64,000 bases of DNA, taken from the NCBI GenBank assembly GCA_035379625.1, contig DAOSVM010000005.1, positions 29,833-93,832 on the forward strand. The letters are read 5' to 3'. The notes beneath the pieces were generated by a model. The model saw only the letters and a program-made list of their open reading frames with translations. It was not told the DNA's origin and searched no databases. The DNA is from Ignavibacteriales bacterium. Lineage in GTDB: Bacteria > Bacteroidota > Ignavibacteria > Ignavibacteriales > DAOSCP01. A program made the position numbers and the translations under genes. This document shows, piece by piece, positions 30,304 to 39,800 of the stretch; position 1 is the first letter of the stretch; the number at the start of each line of letters is the position of its first letter.

Positions 30304-31308
30304 TTGAAAATAAATAATACAAAAATACTAGTCTTTTTACAAAATTCATTTATTTGGTTACTTAATCTAATTCTTTTATACGCAATTAAATACAGAAATC
30401 AAAATTTATCAATTACCGAATTCAAATTTACATTGGGAAATGTAATAAATTTGAGTTGTGTTTTATTTAATATTATACTATTAGCTGTAGTATTAATAAA
30501 AAATAATTTTAGCAAAATTAAAATTACACAAATTTATGGATTAACATTTGGAATTTTTATTTCACTTTTTGTCGTTTTTATTTTAACTGAATTTAACATT
30601 CCTATTCCTAAAATATATATAGGTTATTATCACATAAAAAAAATTTTAATTTTAGTAGCTTTTATGTTTGTTCAAATATTACAATTTTATATTTCTTCAA
30701 TCTTATTAGGTTCTTTACAAAGAAGAACTCCTAAAATCCTGGAGCATTTACTTTTTATAACCATATTTTTTTCAATACTTTATGTTATATCATTTGCAAA
30801 TTTATTTTCAAAAGTTAGTTTTAATGAAAACAAAAAATATGATTATGGAGTAGTTTTAGGGGCTGCTGTATGGTCTAATAATAGGCCAAGTCCTTCACTA
30901 ATTGAAAGAGTTGAGCGAGCAATTACATTATTTAAAAGTGGAAATATTGAAAAAATATATTTAACTGGTGGAAATGCGCCAGGAGAACTGAGCGAGGCAG
31001 AAGTTGCTTTTAATTATATTCAAAAAAAATATCCAGAAAAAGATATTTTGGACAATATAATTTTAGAAAAAGAAACAAAATCTACAGCTGAACAAATTTA
31101 TTACGTAAAATTATTGCTTAAACAAAATAAAAATATTCTTATAATTTCAGATTATTTACACGTTCTAAGAGCTCAAAAAATGTGTGAGTTTTTTAATGTA
31201 AAAGCTGATGTCGCTCCAACAAATGATTTATCCGAAAGCAAAATTACGATCTTTAAACTTTTTCGAGAAGCAAGTGCATTATTAATGTTTTTGTTGTTTG
31301 CTTATTAA
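30304..31308 (+). CDS. membrane protein with C-terminal YdcF/DUF218 domain
   Basis: About 5 N-terminal transmembrane helices. DUF218 core: YGVVLGAAVWSNNRPSPSLIERVERAITLFKSGNIEKIYLTGG. Confidence 0.75.
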   Translation: MKINNTKILVFLQNSFIWLLNLILLYAIKYRNQNLSITEFKFTLGNVINLSCVLFNIILLAVVLIKNNFSKIKITQIYGLTFGIFISLFVVFILTEFNIPIPKIYIGYYHIKKILILVAFMFVQILQFYISSILLGSLQRRTPKILEHLLFITIFFSILYVISFANLFSKVSFNENKKYDYGVVLGAAVWSNNRPSPSLIERVERAITLFKSGNIEKIYLTGGNAPGELSEAEVAFNYIQKKYPEKDILDNIILEKETKSTAEQIYYVKLLLKQNKNILIISDYLHVLRAQKMCEFFNVKADVAPTNDLSESKITIFKLFREASALLMFLLFAY

Positions 31309-31321
31309 ATAAGAGGAGAGT

Positions 31322-33676
31322 ATGAAAAAAGTAAAGAATACACAATTACCAGAAATTTTACCTGTTCTACCACTTGTAGATAAAGTGTTATTCCCCGGGA
31401 TGGTTCTTCCTGTATTAGTTGGTAGGGAGCAATCCCTTGAAGCAGTTATGATGGCTATGAACAACAATAAAATGTTGTTTGTTGTTGCACAAAAAGAAAA
31501 TAAAACGGAAAAATTAAATCCTGATGATATTTTTTCTTTCGGGACTATTGCTACTATCGTTAGTATGGTCAGACTACCAAATGGCCTTTTAAAAATATTA
31601 CTTGAAGGTTTATATCCTGCTCATATACAGTCGGTTACAAATACAAATGATTATTTGGAATGTACTTTTAAAGTTATAGATTATCGAGATGACAAAAATG
31701 ATAAAGATTTAGAAATTCTCTTTAAACAATTAGAAAGATTGTTTACAGAGTATGTGCGTGCTAATGATAATATCCCAAATGAGCTATTGGATACATATGA
31801 AAATTTGGAATCATTTCAACAAAAAGTTTTTTTTGTTGTTGCAAATATAAATGAAAAAAATAAAACCAAACAACAACTCTTAGAAGCACCAAATTTGAAA
31901 GAACAGATTCTAATTGCAATTAATTTGCTTGAAACTGAATTGCAAGTTTTGAAAGTACATAAAGAAATTGAAAACAAAGTACGAGAAAAACTAGTTAGCA
32001 ACCAGAAAAAAGCTATTATTCAAGAGCAAATTAGAATTTTAAAGCAAGAATTGGGCGATGAAGTTGACGAGATAGAAGATACTGATATTCAAAAATTCAA
32101 AGAAATGGCCAAAAAAGCCAAATTACCAAAAAATATTTATGAAAAATTTAATGAAGAAATTAAAAAATTAGCTAAAACTCATCCATTTTCACCAGAATAT
32201 AGTGTAACTCGTAATTATATAGAATGGTTGGAAAAAGTTCCGTGGACAAAAAAGACAAAGGATAATTTGGATATAAGTGTTGTAAAAAAGATTTTGGATG
32301 AAGATCATTACGGTTTAGAGAAACCTAAAGAAAGAATTTTGGAATATATTTCAGTTCTCAATTTAGTAAAATCACTCAGAGGTCAAATTTTATGTTTAGT
32401 TGGGCCACCGGGAGTTGGTAAAACATCTTTGGCTAAATCTATCGCAAGAGCACTGAATAGAAATTTTGTAAGAATATCACTTGGTGGTGTTCGTGATGAA
32501 GCAGAAATTAGAGGGCACAGAAGAACTTATGTAGGTGCTTTGCCTGGTAAAATTATTCAAGCTATGAAAAAAGCTGGTAGTATCAATCCTGTTATATTAC
32601 TTGATGAAATTGATAAAATGACAAGCGATTTCCGTGGCGATCCAGCATCCGCTATGTTGGAAGTTTTAGATCCCGAGCAAAATAAAGCTTTCAACGATCA
32701 TTATCTTGAAGTTGATTATGATCTTTCAAATGTCTTTTTTATTACTACAGCTAACGTAATGTATAATATTCCTGCACCTTTGTTGGATAGAATGGAAGTT
32801 ATTGAATTACCCGGCTATCTTAGCAATGAAAAAATACATATTGCTTTAAATCATATAATTCCAAAACAAAAAGAATTAAACGGCCTGAAAGATATTAAAA
32901 TAATTTGGCAAAAATCTTCTTTAAATTATTTAATTGATAATTATACTCGTGAAGCTGGAGTTAGAAATTTAGAAAGAACAATAGCAAGTTTGATGAGAAA
33001 AATTGCAAAAGATATTGTTGAAAATAAAATGAAAATCGATGATAAATTAACAATTACTTTAACAGAAAAGAAAATTACAAGTTATTTAGGCGTACCAAAA
33101 TATACAAAAGATTTTGCATATACTGAGCCAAAAATTGGCGTAGCAAATGGGCTTGCGTGGACATCCACCGGAGGTGATGTTATGGTTGTTGAAGCTACTG
33201 CTATGAAAGGAAGTGAAAAACTTATTCTTACCGGTAAACTTGGTGACGTGATGAAAGAATCGGCTACAACCGCATTTAGTTTTATTAAAGCTAATGCCGA
33301 TTATTTTGGTATAAATCCAGAAACTTACGAGAAAAAAGATATCCATATCCATTTCCCTGAAGGTGCTATACCAAAAGATGGACCTTCGGCTGGAATAACT
33401 ATCGCTACAGTGTTAGTTTCTATTTTAGCTAATAAGAAAGTTAATCCTGATTTTGCGATGACAGGTGAAATTACTTTACAAGGTAATATTTTGCCAATTG
33501 GTGGATTAAATGAAAAATTATTAGCTGCTAAAAGATTAAAAATCAATAATGTTATTATTCCTGCTGAAAATGAAAAAGATTTAACCGAAATAAAACAAGA
33601 TATTAAAGCAGGGCTCAATATTATTTTTGTTAAAAATTATTTTGAAGCTTACAAATATTTATTCATTAACGAGTAA
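31322..33676 (+). CDS. lon: ATP-dependent protease Lon
   Basis: LON N-domain (LPVLPLVDKVLFPGMVLPVLVGRE). Walker A GPPGVGKTS. Catalytic Ser in KDGPSAGITI. Confidence 0.95.
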   Translation: MKKVKNTQLPEILPVLPLVDKVLFPGMVLPVLVGREQSLEAVMMAMNNNKMLFVVAQKENKTEKLNPDDIFSFGTIATIVSMVRLPNGLLKILLEGLYPAHIQSVTNTNDYLECTFKVIDYRDDKNDKDLEILFKQLERLFTEYVRANDNIPNELLDTYENLESFQQKVFFVVANINEKNKTKQQLLEAPNLKEQILIAINLLETELQVLKVHKEIENKVREKLVSNQKKAIIQEQIRILKQELGDEVDEIEDTDIQKFKEMAKKAKLPKNIYEKFNEEIKKLAKTHPFSPEYSVTRNYIEWLEKVPWTKKTKDNLDISVVKKILDEDHYGLEKPKERILEYISVLNLVKSLRGQILCLVGPPGVGKTSLAKSIARALNRNFVRISLGGVRDEAEIRGHRRTYVGALPGKIIQAMKKAGSINPVILLDEIDKMTSDFRGDPASAMLEVLDPEQNKAFNDHYLEVDYDLSNVFFITTANVMYNIPAPLLDRMEVIELPGYLSNEKIHIALNHIIPKQKELNGLKDIKIIWQKSSLNYLIDNYTREAGVRNLERTIASLMRKIAKDIVENKMKIDDKLTITLTEKKITSYLGVPKYTKDFAYTEPKIGVANGLAWTSTGGDVMVVEATAMKGSEKLILTGKLGDVMKESATTAFSFIKANADYFGINPETYEKKDIHIHFPEGAIPKDGPSAGITIATVLVSILANKKVNPDFAMTGEITLQGNILPIGGLNEKLLAAKRLKINNVIIPAENEKDLTEIKQDIKAGLNIIFVKNYFEAYKYLFINE

Positions 33677-33679
33677 AAT

Positions 33680-34195
33680 ATGAAAACAATCGAAAAAATA
33701 AGCGGAAAAGAAGAAAAATATATTTACTTGTTGAACAATTTGGAAACTTTTTTTGATAAAAATGATCATATTTTATCTAATCTATCGAACTTTGCTGCCG
33801 TTTATTACGATACATTCGAAAACCTAAACTGGGCTGGTTTTTATTTTGATGATGGTAAAAAATTAGTTTTAGGTCCATTTCAAGGAAAAATTGCCTGTAC
33901 AAATATCGATTATAATCGTGGTGTATGCGGAAAAGCTTTCTCAACTGATCAAGTTGTTGTTGTCAAAGATGTTCATCAATTTGAAGGGCATATTGCGTGT
34001 GATGCCGCATCACAATCTGAAATTGTTGTGCCATTTTACAAAAATAATCAAAAATTCGGCGTGTTTGATGTCGATAGTCCTAAACTTGAAAATTTTTGTG
34101 ATGTCGACGCACATTATTTGAAATTAATAATCGATAAATTTTTTGATAAAATTATAAACTATGAAGATTTAATTAAAATTTGCAAATTAATTTAA
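33680..34195 (+). CDS. GAF-domain protein (free methionine-(R)-sulfoxide reductase, MsrC/YebR-like)
   Basis: WAGFYF...LVLGPFQGKIACTNIDYNRGVCGKAF...GHIACDAASQSEIVVP matches the fRMsr pattern with its conserved Cys residues. Confidence 0.8.
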   Translation: MKTIEKISGKEEKYIYLLNNLETFFDKNDHILSNLSNFAAVYYDTFENLNWAGFYFDDGKKLVLGPFQGKIACTNIDYNRGVCGKAFSTDQVVVVKDVHQFEGHIACDAASQSEIVVPFYKNNQKFGVFDVDSPKLENFCDVDAHYLKLIIDKFFDKIINYEDLIKICKLI

Positions 34196-34207
34196 GGAGG
34201 TGAAACT

Positions 34208-36118
34208 ATGGTTAACAATAATGAACAAGCTCAAAAGTTTGAATTTAAAGCCGAAACTCAAAAAGTGCTCGATATTTTAATCCATTCCCTTTATACAAAT
34301 AAAGATATCTTTTTACGGGAGTTGATTTCAAACGCTTCCGACGCGCTGGATAAAGTTAGATTTCTCTCCATCAAGGGGGATGAAATTGTTGACAATGATT
34401 TACCTTATGAAATTCATTTGAAAGCTGATAAAGAAAAAAATATTCTTATTGTTGCTGATAATGGTATTGGAATGACAAAAGATGAGGCTATTAAAAATTT
34501 AGGTACAATTGCTAAATCTGGTACCGAAGAATTCATAAAAAATTTGCCCAAGGATAGAAAAGAAGTTGAATCCTTAATTGGTAGATTTGGTGTTGGCTTT
34601 TATTCTGTCTTTATGGTTGCCGACGAAGTAGAAATAATTACAAAATCTGCAATTCCGGGAAATAAACCTGTTAAATGGATTTCCGATGGTAAAAACTCAT
34701 ATGAAGTTTATGAAATTGATGAAGACCAAAACATTACACGTGGTACAAAAATCCATATCTACTTAAAAGATGATGCAAAAGAATACACCGAGCCATCAAA
34801 ATTAAAAGAAATCATTAATACACATTCATCATTTATTTCATTCCCAATTTTTGTTGAAGGAGAACGTGTAAACACTTTAGCTGCTATTTGGAGAGAACCT
34901 AAAAATACACTCCGAAAAGAGCAATATGAAGATTTTTACAAATTTTTAACTCACGATTACCAAGAACCATTAGATTACATTCACATTTCAATTGATGCTC
35001 CAATACAATACAAAGCTTTACTTTTTATTCCCAAAAGTGCATACGATTTTTATGGAATATTAAAAGAAGACTACGGATTAGATTTATATTCAAACCGTGT
35101 ACTTATTAAACATAAATTCAAAGATTTATTACCAGAATATTTAGGATTTTTACAAGGTGTTGTAGATTCAGAAGATTTACCATTAAATGTTTCTCGCGAA
35201 TCCATTCAAGAAAATGCAATTTTAAGAAAAATTTCATCAAATTTAGTATCGCAAGTATTTAGCCATTTACAAAAATTAGCAACAGAGCGACCAGATGATT
35301 ATAAATTATTCTGGAAAGAACACGCTAAGGTATTTAAACACGGATACAGCGATTTTTCAAATAAAGATAAATTTATCGAGCTAATTCGTTTTAATTCTTC
35401 AACTTGCCAAAACCAAGACGAAATAATATCCTTAAATGATTATGTTTCCAGAATGAAACCTGAACAAGAAGAAATTTATTACAGCTTAGGAAATTCATAT
35501 AACTCTATTAAAAATAATCCTCATTTTGAAATATTTGAAAGAAAAGGTCTAGAAGTATTATTTTTATATGATCCATTTGACGAATTTATGTTATCAGCCC
35601 TTGCTAATTACAAAGATAAAAAATTTGTATTGATTGAAAACGCAGATATCCAAAAAATTAACAAAATGCCAGATGAAGTAACAAAAGATAAAGATGTAGA
35701 AAATCTTACAGATGATGAAGCTGTAAAATTTGGAGAATTTTTAGTTTATATCAAAAAATATTTAGGTGATAAAGTAAAAGAAGTAAAAGAATCCAATCGA
35801 TTATTAACAAGTCCGGCTTGTTTGGTAGATAGCGATGGAATGTTTTCGTCTTCATTCCAAAAAATTATTAAAATGATGAACAAAGATACATCCATACCAC
35901 CTAAGGTATTTGAAATTAACAAAGATCACAAAATTATCCGCAATCTATTACAAATATTCACAAAAGATAAAGAAGACGAATTTTTAAAGCGTAGCATCGA
36001 TGAGTTATTCGATACTGCATTATTATTAGATGGTTATTTAAATGATCCTACTACATTTGCAAGCCACATAAATTACATACTTGAAAAATCAACAGCACTC
36101 TACAACGAAAAGAAATAA
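34208..36118 (+). CDS. htpG: molecular chaperone HtpG (Hsp90)
   Basis: FLRELISNASDALDK, GRFGVGFYS and LNVSRE signatures. Confidence 0.95.
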   Translation: MVNNNEQAQKFEFKAETQKVLDILIHSLYTNKDIFLRELISNASDALDKVRFLSIKGDEIVDNDLPYEIHLKADKEKNILIVADNGIGMTKDEAIKNLGTIAKSGTEEFIKNLPKDRKEVESLIGRFGVGFYSVFMVADEVEIITKSAIPGNKPVKWISDGKNSYEVYEIDEDQNITRGTKIHIYLKDDAKEYTEPSKLKEIINTHSSFISFPIFVEGERVNTLAAIWREPKNTLRKEQYEDFYKFLTHDYQEPLDYIHISIDAPIQYKALLFIPKSAYDFYGILKEDYGLDLYSNRVLIKHKFKDLLPEYLGFLQGVVDSEDLPLNVSRESIQENAILRKISSNLVSQVFSHLQKLATERPDDYKLFWKEHAKVFKHGYSDFSNKDKFIELIRFNSSTCQNQDEIISLNDYVSRMKPEQEEIYYSLGNSYNSIKNNPHFEIFERKGLEVLFLYDPFDEFMLSALANYKDKKFVLIENADIQKINKMPDEVTKDKDVENLTDDEAVKFGEFLVYIKKYLGDKVKEVKESNRLLTSPACLVDSDGMFSSSFQKIIKMMNKDTSIPPKVFEINKDHKIIRNLLQIFTKDKEDEFLKRSIDELFDTALLLDGYLNDPTTFASHINYILEKSTALYNEKK

Positions 36119-36125
36119 ATTTATT

Positions 36126-36148
36126 GGCCCGGCATAGCCGGGTTTTTT
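36126..36148 (+). terminator. rho-independent terminator after htpG
   Basis: cccggc-ata-gccggg followed by tttttt. Confidence 0.8.
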
Positions 36149-36155
36149 ATAATTA

Positions 36156-36652
36156 TTAGCTCAGACAGTGTAAGCATAAAGCCCGTGCGCCTGGCGGCGC
36201 ACGGGCGGGCTGAAGCCCAAAAAAATAATATTCCATTTAAGCGCCATAACCACCACATTACCAACCAGTTACAATATTTATATTTTTCATCAAGAATAAA
36301 AATTTTATGAAATATTTTTTATAATTTACCGGCAAGTTTTCAAATCTTATAATATATTCGTAAATACGATATAATAGCTTTAACAATATAATTGTAAATG
36401 CAATTATACTATAAAAAACATAGCATCATATGTAAAAATTTGCAAAATTACATTTTAGCTTAGTCAAAAGATTAATTTTTATCAAACACTCCTTATCCTA
36501 CGGGTTGCCAGGTATTTTGGAAAGATATAAGTATAAAGGCCAAAGCACTACACTTTGTTAGGTGTTAAAGAAAAGATTTTATGCGGGCCGTTCCGGCCCG
36601 CGCCCACGTGCGGCAACGCCGCACGTGGGCTATGCTTATACCGTCTGAGCTA
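36156..36652 (+). mobile_element. MITE-like ORF-less element, copy B (497 bp)
   Basis: Alpha end: TIR ttagctcagacagtgtaagc (36156-75), hairpin gcccgtgcgc/gcgcacgggc (36181-90/36197-206), then gggc-tgaa-gccc and an A-run. Beta end: hairpins gcgggccg/cggcccgc (36583-90/36594-601) and gcccacgtgcggc/gccgcacgtgggc (36602-14/36618-30), then TIR gcttataccgtctgagcta (36634-52). The core is AT-rich. Confidence 0.75.
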
Positions 36653-36842
36653 TGATAAAAAAATGAATTTTTTAATATTTTTGAAAATAAATTTTGTTTT
36701 TTGCATCATATCATTTCTATAACTACAATTTATGGAATTAAATTATTGTTAAAATTTTTTTAAATAAAGAAAAAAAGTTAGAAATTGTTTATATTATAAT
36801 TTTAAATTTGGCATTTTTTTTAAAATTTTAGTGAGGGGTTAA

Positions 36843-39800
36843 ATGGGTAGAAAAAAAATTACAGTGGATGGTAACGAAGCCGCTGCTTATGTTGCCTACC
36901 GACTTAGTGAAGTTATTTCCATATATCCTATTACACCATCATCACCAATGGGAGAATTTAGTGATGATTGGTCAGCAAAAAAAGTTAAAAATATTTGGGG
37001 AACAGTACCAACTGTAATGGAAATGCAAAGTGAAGGGGGTGCAGCTGGTGCTGTACACGGTGCTTTGCAAGCTGGTACGTTGTCAACAACATTTACAGCA
37101 TCCCAAGGATTGCTTTTGATGATCCCAAATATGTATAAAATTGCAGGTGAATTAACACCTACAGTTTTTCACGTGACTGCTAGAGCTTTGGCTGCTGCTG
37201 CTTTATCTATTTTTGGTGATCATTCCGATGTTATGTCTGTAAGACAAACTGGTTTTGCTATGTTGGCTTCTACATCTGTGCAAGAAGTTATGGATATGGC
37301 TCTTATTGCTCACGCTTCAACATTAAAATCACGAGTTCCTTTCTTACACTTTTTCGATGGTTTTAGAACATCTCACGAAGTTTCCAAAATTGAGGCGCTT
37401 AGTGAAGAAGATATCAAAGCGATGATTGATAACGAATGGGTTTATGAACATAAAAGAAGAGCGTTAAATCCAGATAATCCTTTTATTAGAGGTACAGCTC
37501 AAAATCCAGATGTTTATTTCCAAGGTAGAGAAACTGTAAATAAATTCTATTTAGCAACACCGGCTATTGTTCAAGAAATGATGGATAAATTTGCTAAAAT
37601 AGTAGGAAGACAATATAATTTATTCGATTATTATGGTAGCCCAAATGCTGAAAGAGTTATAGTTATTATTGGTAGCGGTGCTCAAACTGCTGAAGTTACT
37701 GCTAAAGTTTTAAATGAAAAATATGGTTACAATGTTGGTGTGTTGGTTGTAAGATTATTTAGACCTTTCTCAGTTGAACACTTCTTGAAAGTTTTACCAA
37801 AAACTGTTAAAAAAATTGCTGTTTTAGATAGAACAAAAGAACCTGGAAGTCTTGGTGAACCTTTATATTTGGATGTAACTTCCGCTATTGCCGAAGGTAT
37901 GAATAATGGTACTTTACAATTTGAAAAATTCCCTAAAATTATTGGTGGAAGATACGGCTTAGGTTCAAAAGAATTTACTCCTGGTATGGTTAAAGCTATT
38001 TACGATGAATTAGCAAAAGATGATCCTAAAAATCATTTTACAGTCGGTATAGATGACGATGTTACAAATACAAGCTTAAGCTATGATGAAAACTTCCCAT
38101 TAGGTATTAAAACATTTAGAGCAATGTTCTACGGTTTAGGTGCTGATGGTACAGTCGGTGCTAACAAAAATACAATCAAAATTATTGGTGAAGAGACTGA
38201 CTATTACGTTCAAGGTTATTTTGTTTACGATTCAAAAAAATCTGGCTCGATGACAATTTCACACTTAAGATTTGGGGAAGAACCTATTAAAGCTGAATTT
38301 TTAATTAAAGAAGCTGAATTTGTTGCCTGCCATCAGTTCCAATTTGTTGAAAGAATTAACGTTGTTGAAAACTTACAAGAAAATGGCGTATTCTTATTGA
38401 ATTCTCCTTACAGTGTTGAAGAAACTTGGAAAAAATTACCAAAGACAATACAACAAGAAATTATAAAGAAAAAAGCAAAATTCTATGTAATTGATGCTTA
38501 TGAAGTTGCAAAGAATACTGGTATGGGCACAAGAATTAATACAATAATGCAAACTTGTTTCTTTGCAATATCTGGCGTATTACCGAAAGAACAAGCTATA
38601 GAAAAAATTAAAAATGCTATTAAAAAAACATACAGCGCCAAAGGTGAAGAAGTTGTTAAGAAAAACTTTGCGGCAGTAGATCACACTTTGGAACATCTAC
38701 ACGAGTTAAAATATGAAGGTTTACCAATTTCAGATTTCGATTTAAAGCCACCTGTACCAGAACAAGCTCCTGAATATGTAAAAGAAACATTAGGTAAAAT
38801 GATTGCCGGTTATGGCGATAAAGTAAAAGTTAGTGAAATGCCAGTTGATGGTACATTCCCATCAGCCACAACACAATGGGAAAAGAGAAATATTGCTTTA
38901 GATGTGCCAATTTGGGAAAGCGATTTATGTATACAATGCGGTAAATGTGCTTTTGTATGCCCACACGCTGCAATTAGAACAAAAGCCTATGATAAAGCAG
39001 TTTTAGCAAATGCACCAGCCGAATTTAAAGCAGTTGCTGCAAAAGGTAAAGAATTTGATGAAAATACATATTATACAGTTCAGGTAGCACCAGAAGATTG
39101 TACAGGTTGCGGATTGTGCGTTGAGGCTTGCCCAGCTAAAGATAAATCCGATGCTAGCAGAAAAGCTATTAATATGCAATCTGTATTGGATATTAAAGAA
39201 AGAGAAATCAAAAATTACGATTTTTTCCTTTCTATTCCAGAATTTGATAGAAGCAAAATATCAGTTAATACAATAAAAGGATCACAATTATTACAACCAT
39301 TATTTGAATATTCTGGTGCGTGCGCTGGTTGTGGTGAAACTCCTTACGTTAAATTAGTTTCACAGTTGTTTGGTGATAGATTAATTGTTGCAAACGCAAC
39401 AGGTTGTTCCTCAATTTATGGTGGAAACTTGCCAACAACACCTTGGAGCGTAAACAAAGAAGGAAGAGGCCCTGCTTGGTCTAATTCATTGTTCGAAGAT
39501 AATGCTGAATTTGGTTTAGGAATGAGGCTAGCTGTAGATAAGAACACAGAATTTGCGGTAGAATTGATATCACATCACAAAAATTCTATTGGTGTTGAGC
39601 TTGTTGAAGCAATTTTGAGTAACAGTCAAAAGACTGAAAATGAAATTCAAATACAACGTGAAAATGTTGCAAAATTAAAAGAAAAAATTAGTGGTATTAG
39701 CGAGCAATGGGCAAAAGATTTGTTATCCGTTGCAGATTATTTAGTTAAAAAATCTGTATGGATTATTGGTGGTGATGGTTGGGCATACGATATAGGTTAC

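Noticed and set aside
36156-36652. The elements as IS200/IS605-type palindrome-associated elements (PATEs), ORF-less group II introns, or a riboswitch/leader of nifJ.
   Set aside because: IS200/IS605 derivatives lack terminal inverted repeats, and these elements have clear 20-bp TIRs. There are no GUGYG...AY intron boundaries or domain V-like structure. Copies occur in both orientations and between convergent genes, so they are not gene-specific leaders.
36653-36842. Possible regulatory RNA in the 190 bp between element B and nifJ.
   Set aside because: The interval is almost pure A/T with no stable stems or conserved riboswitch cores that I can recognise. It is most simply a promoter or 5' UTR region.
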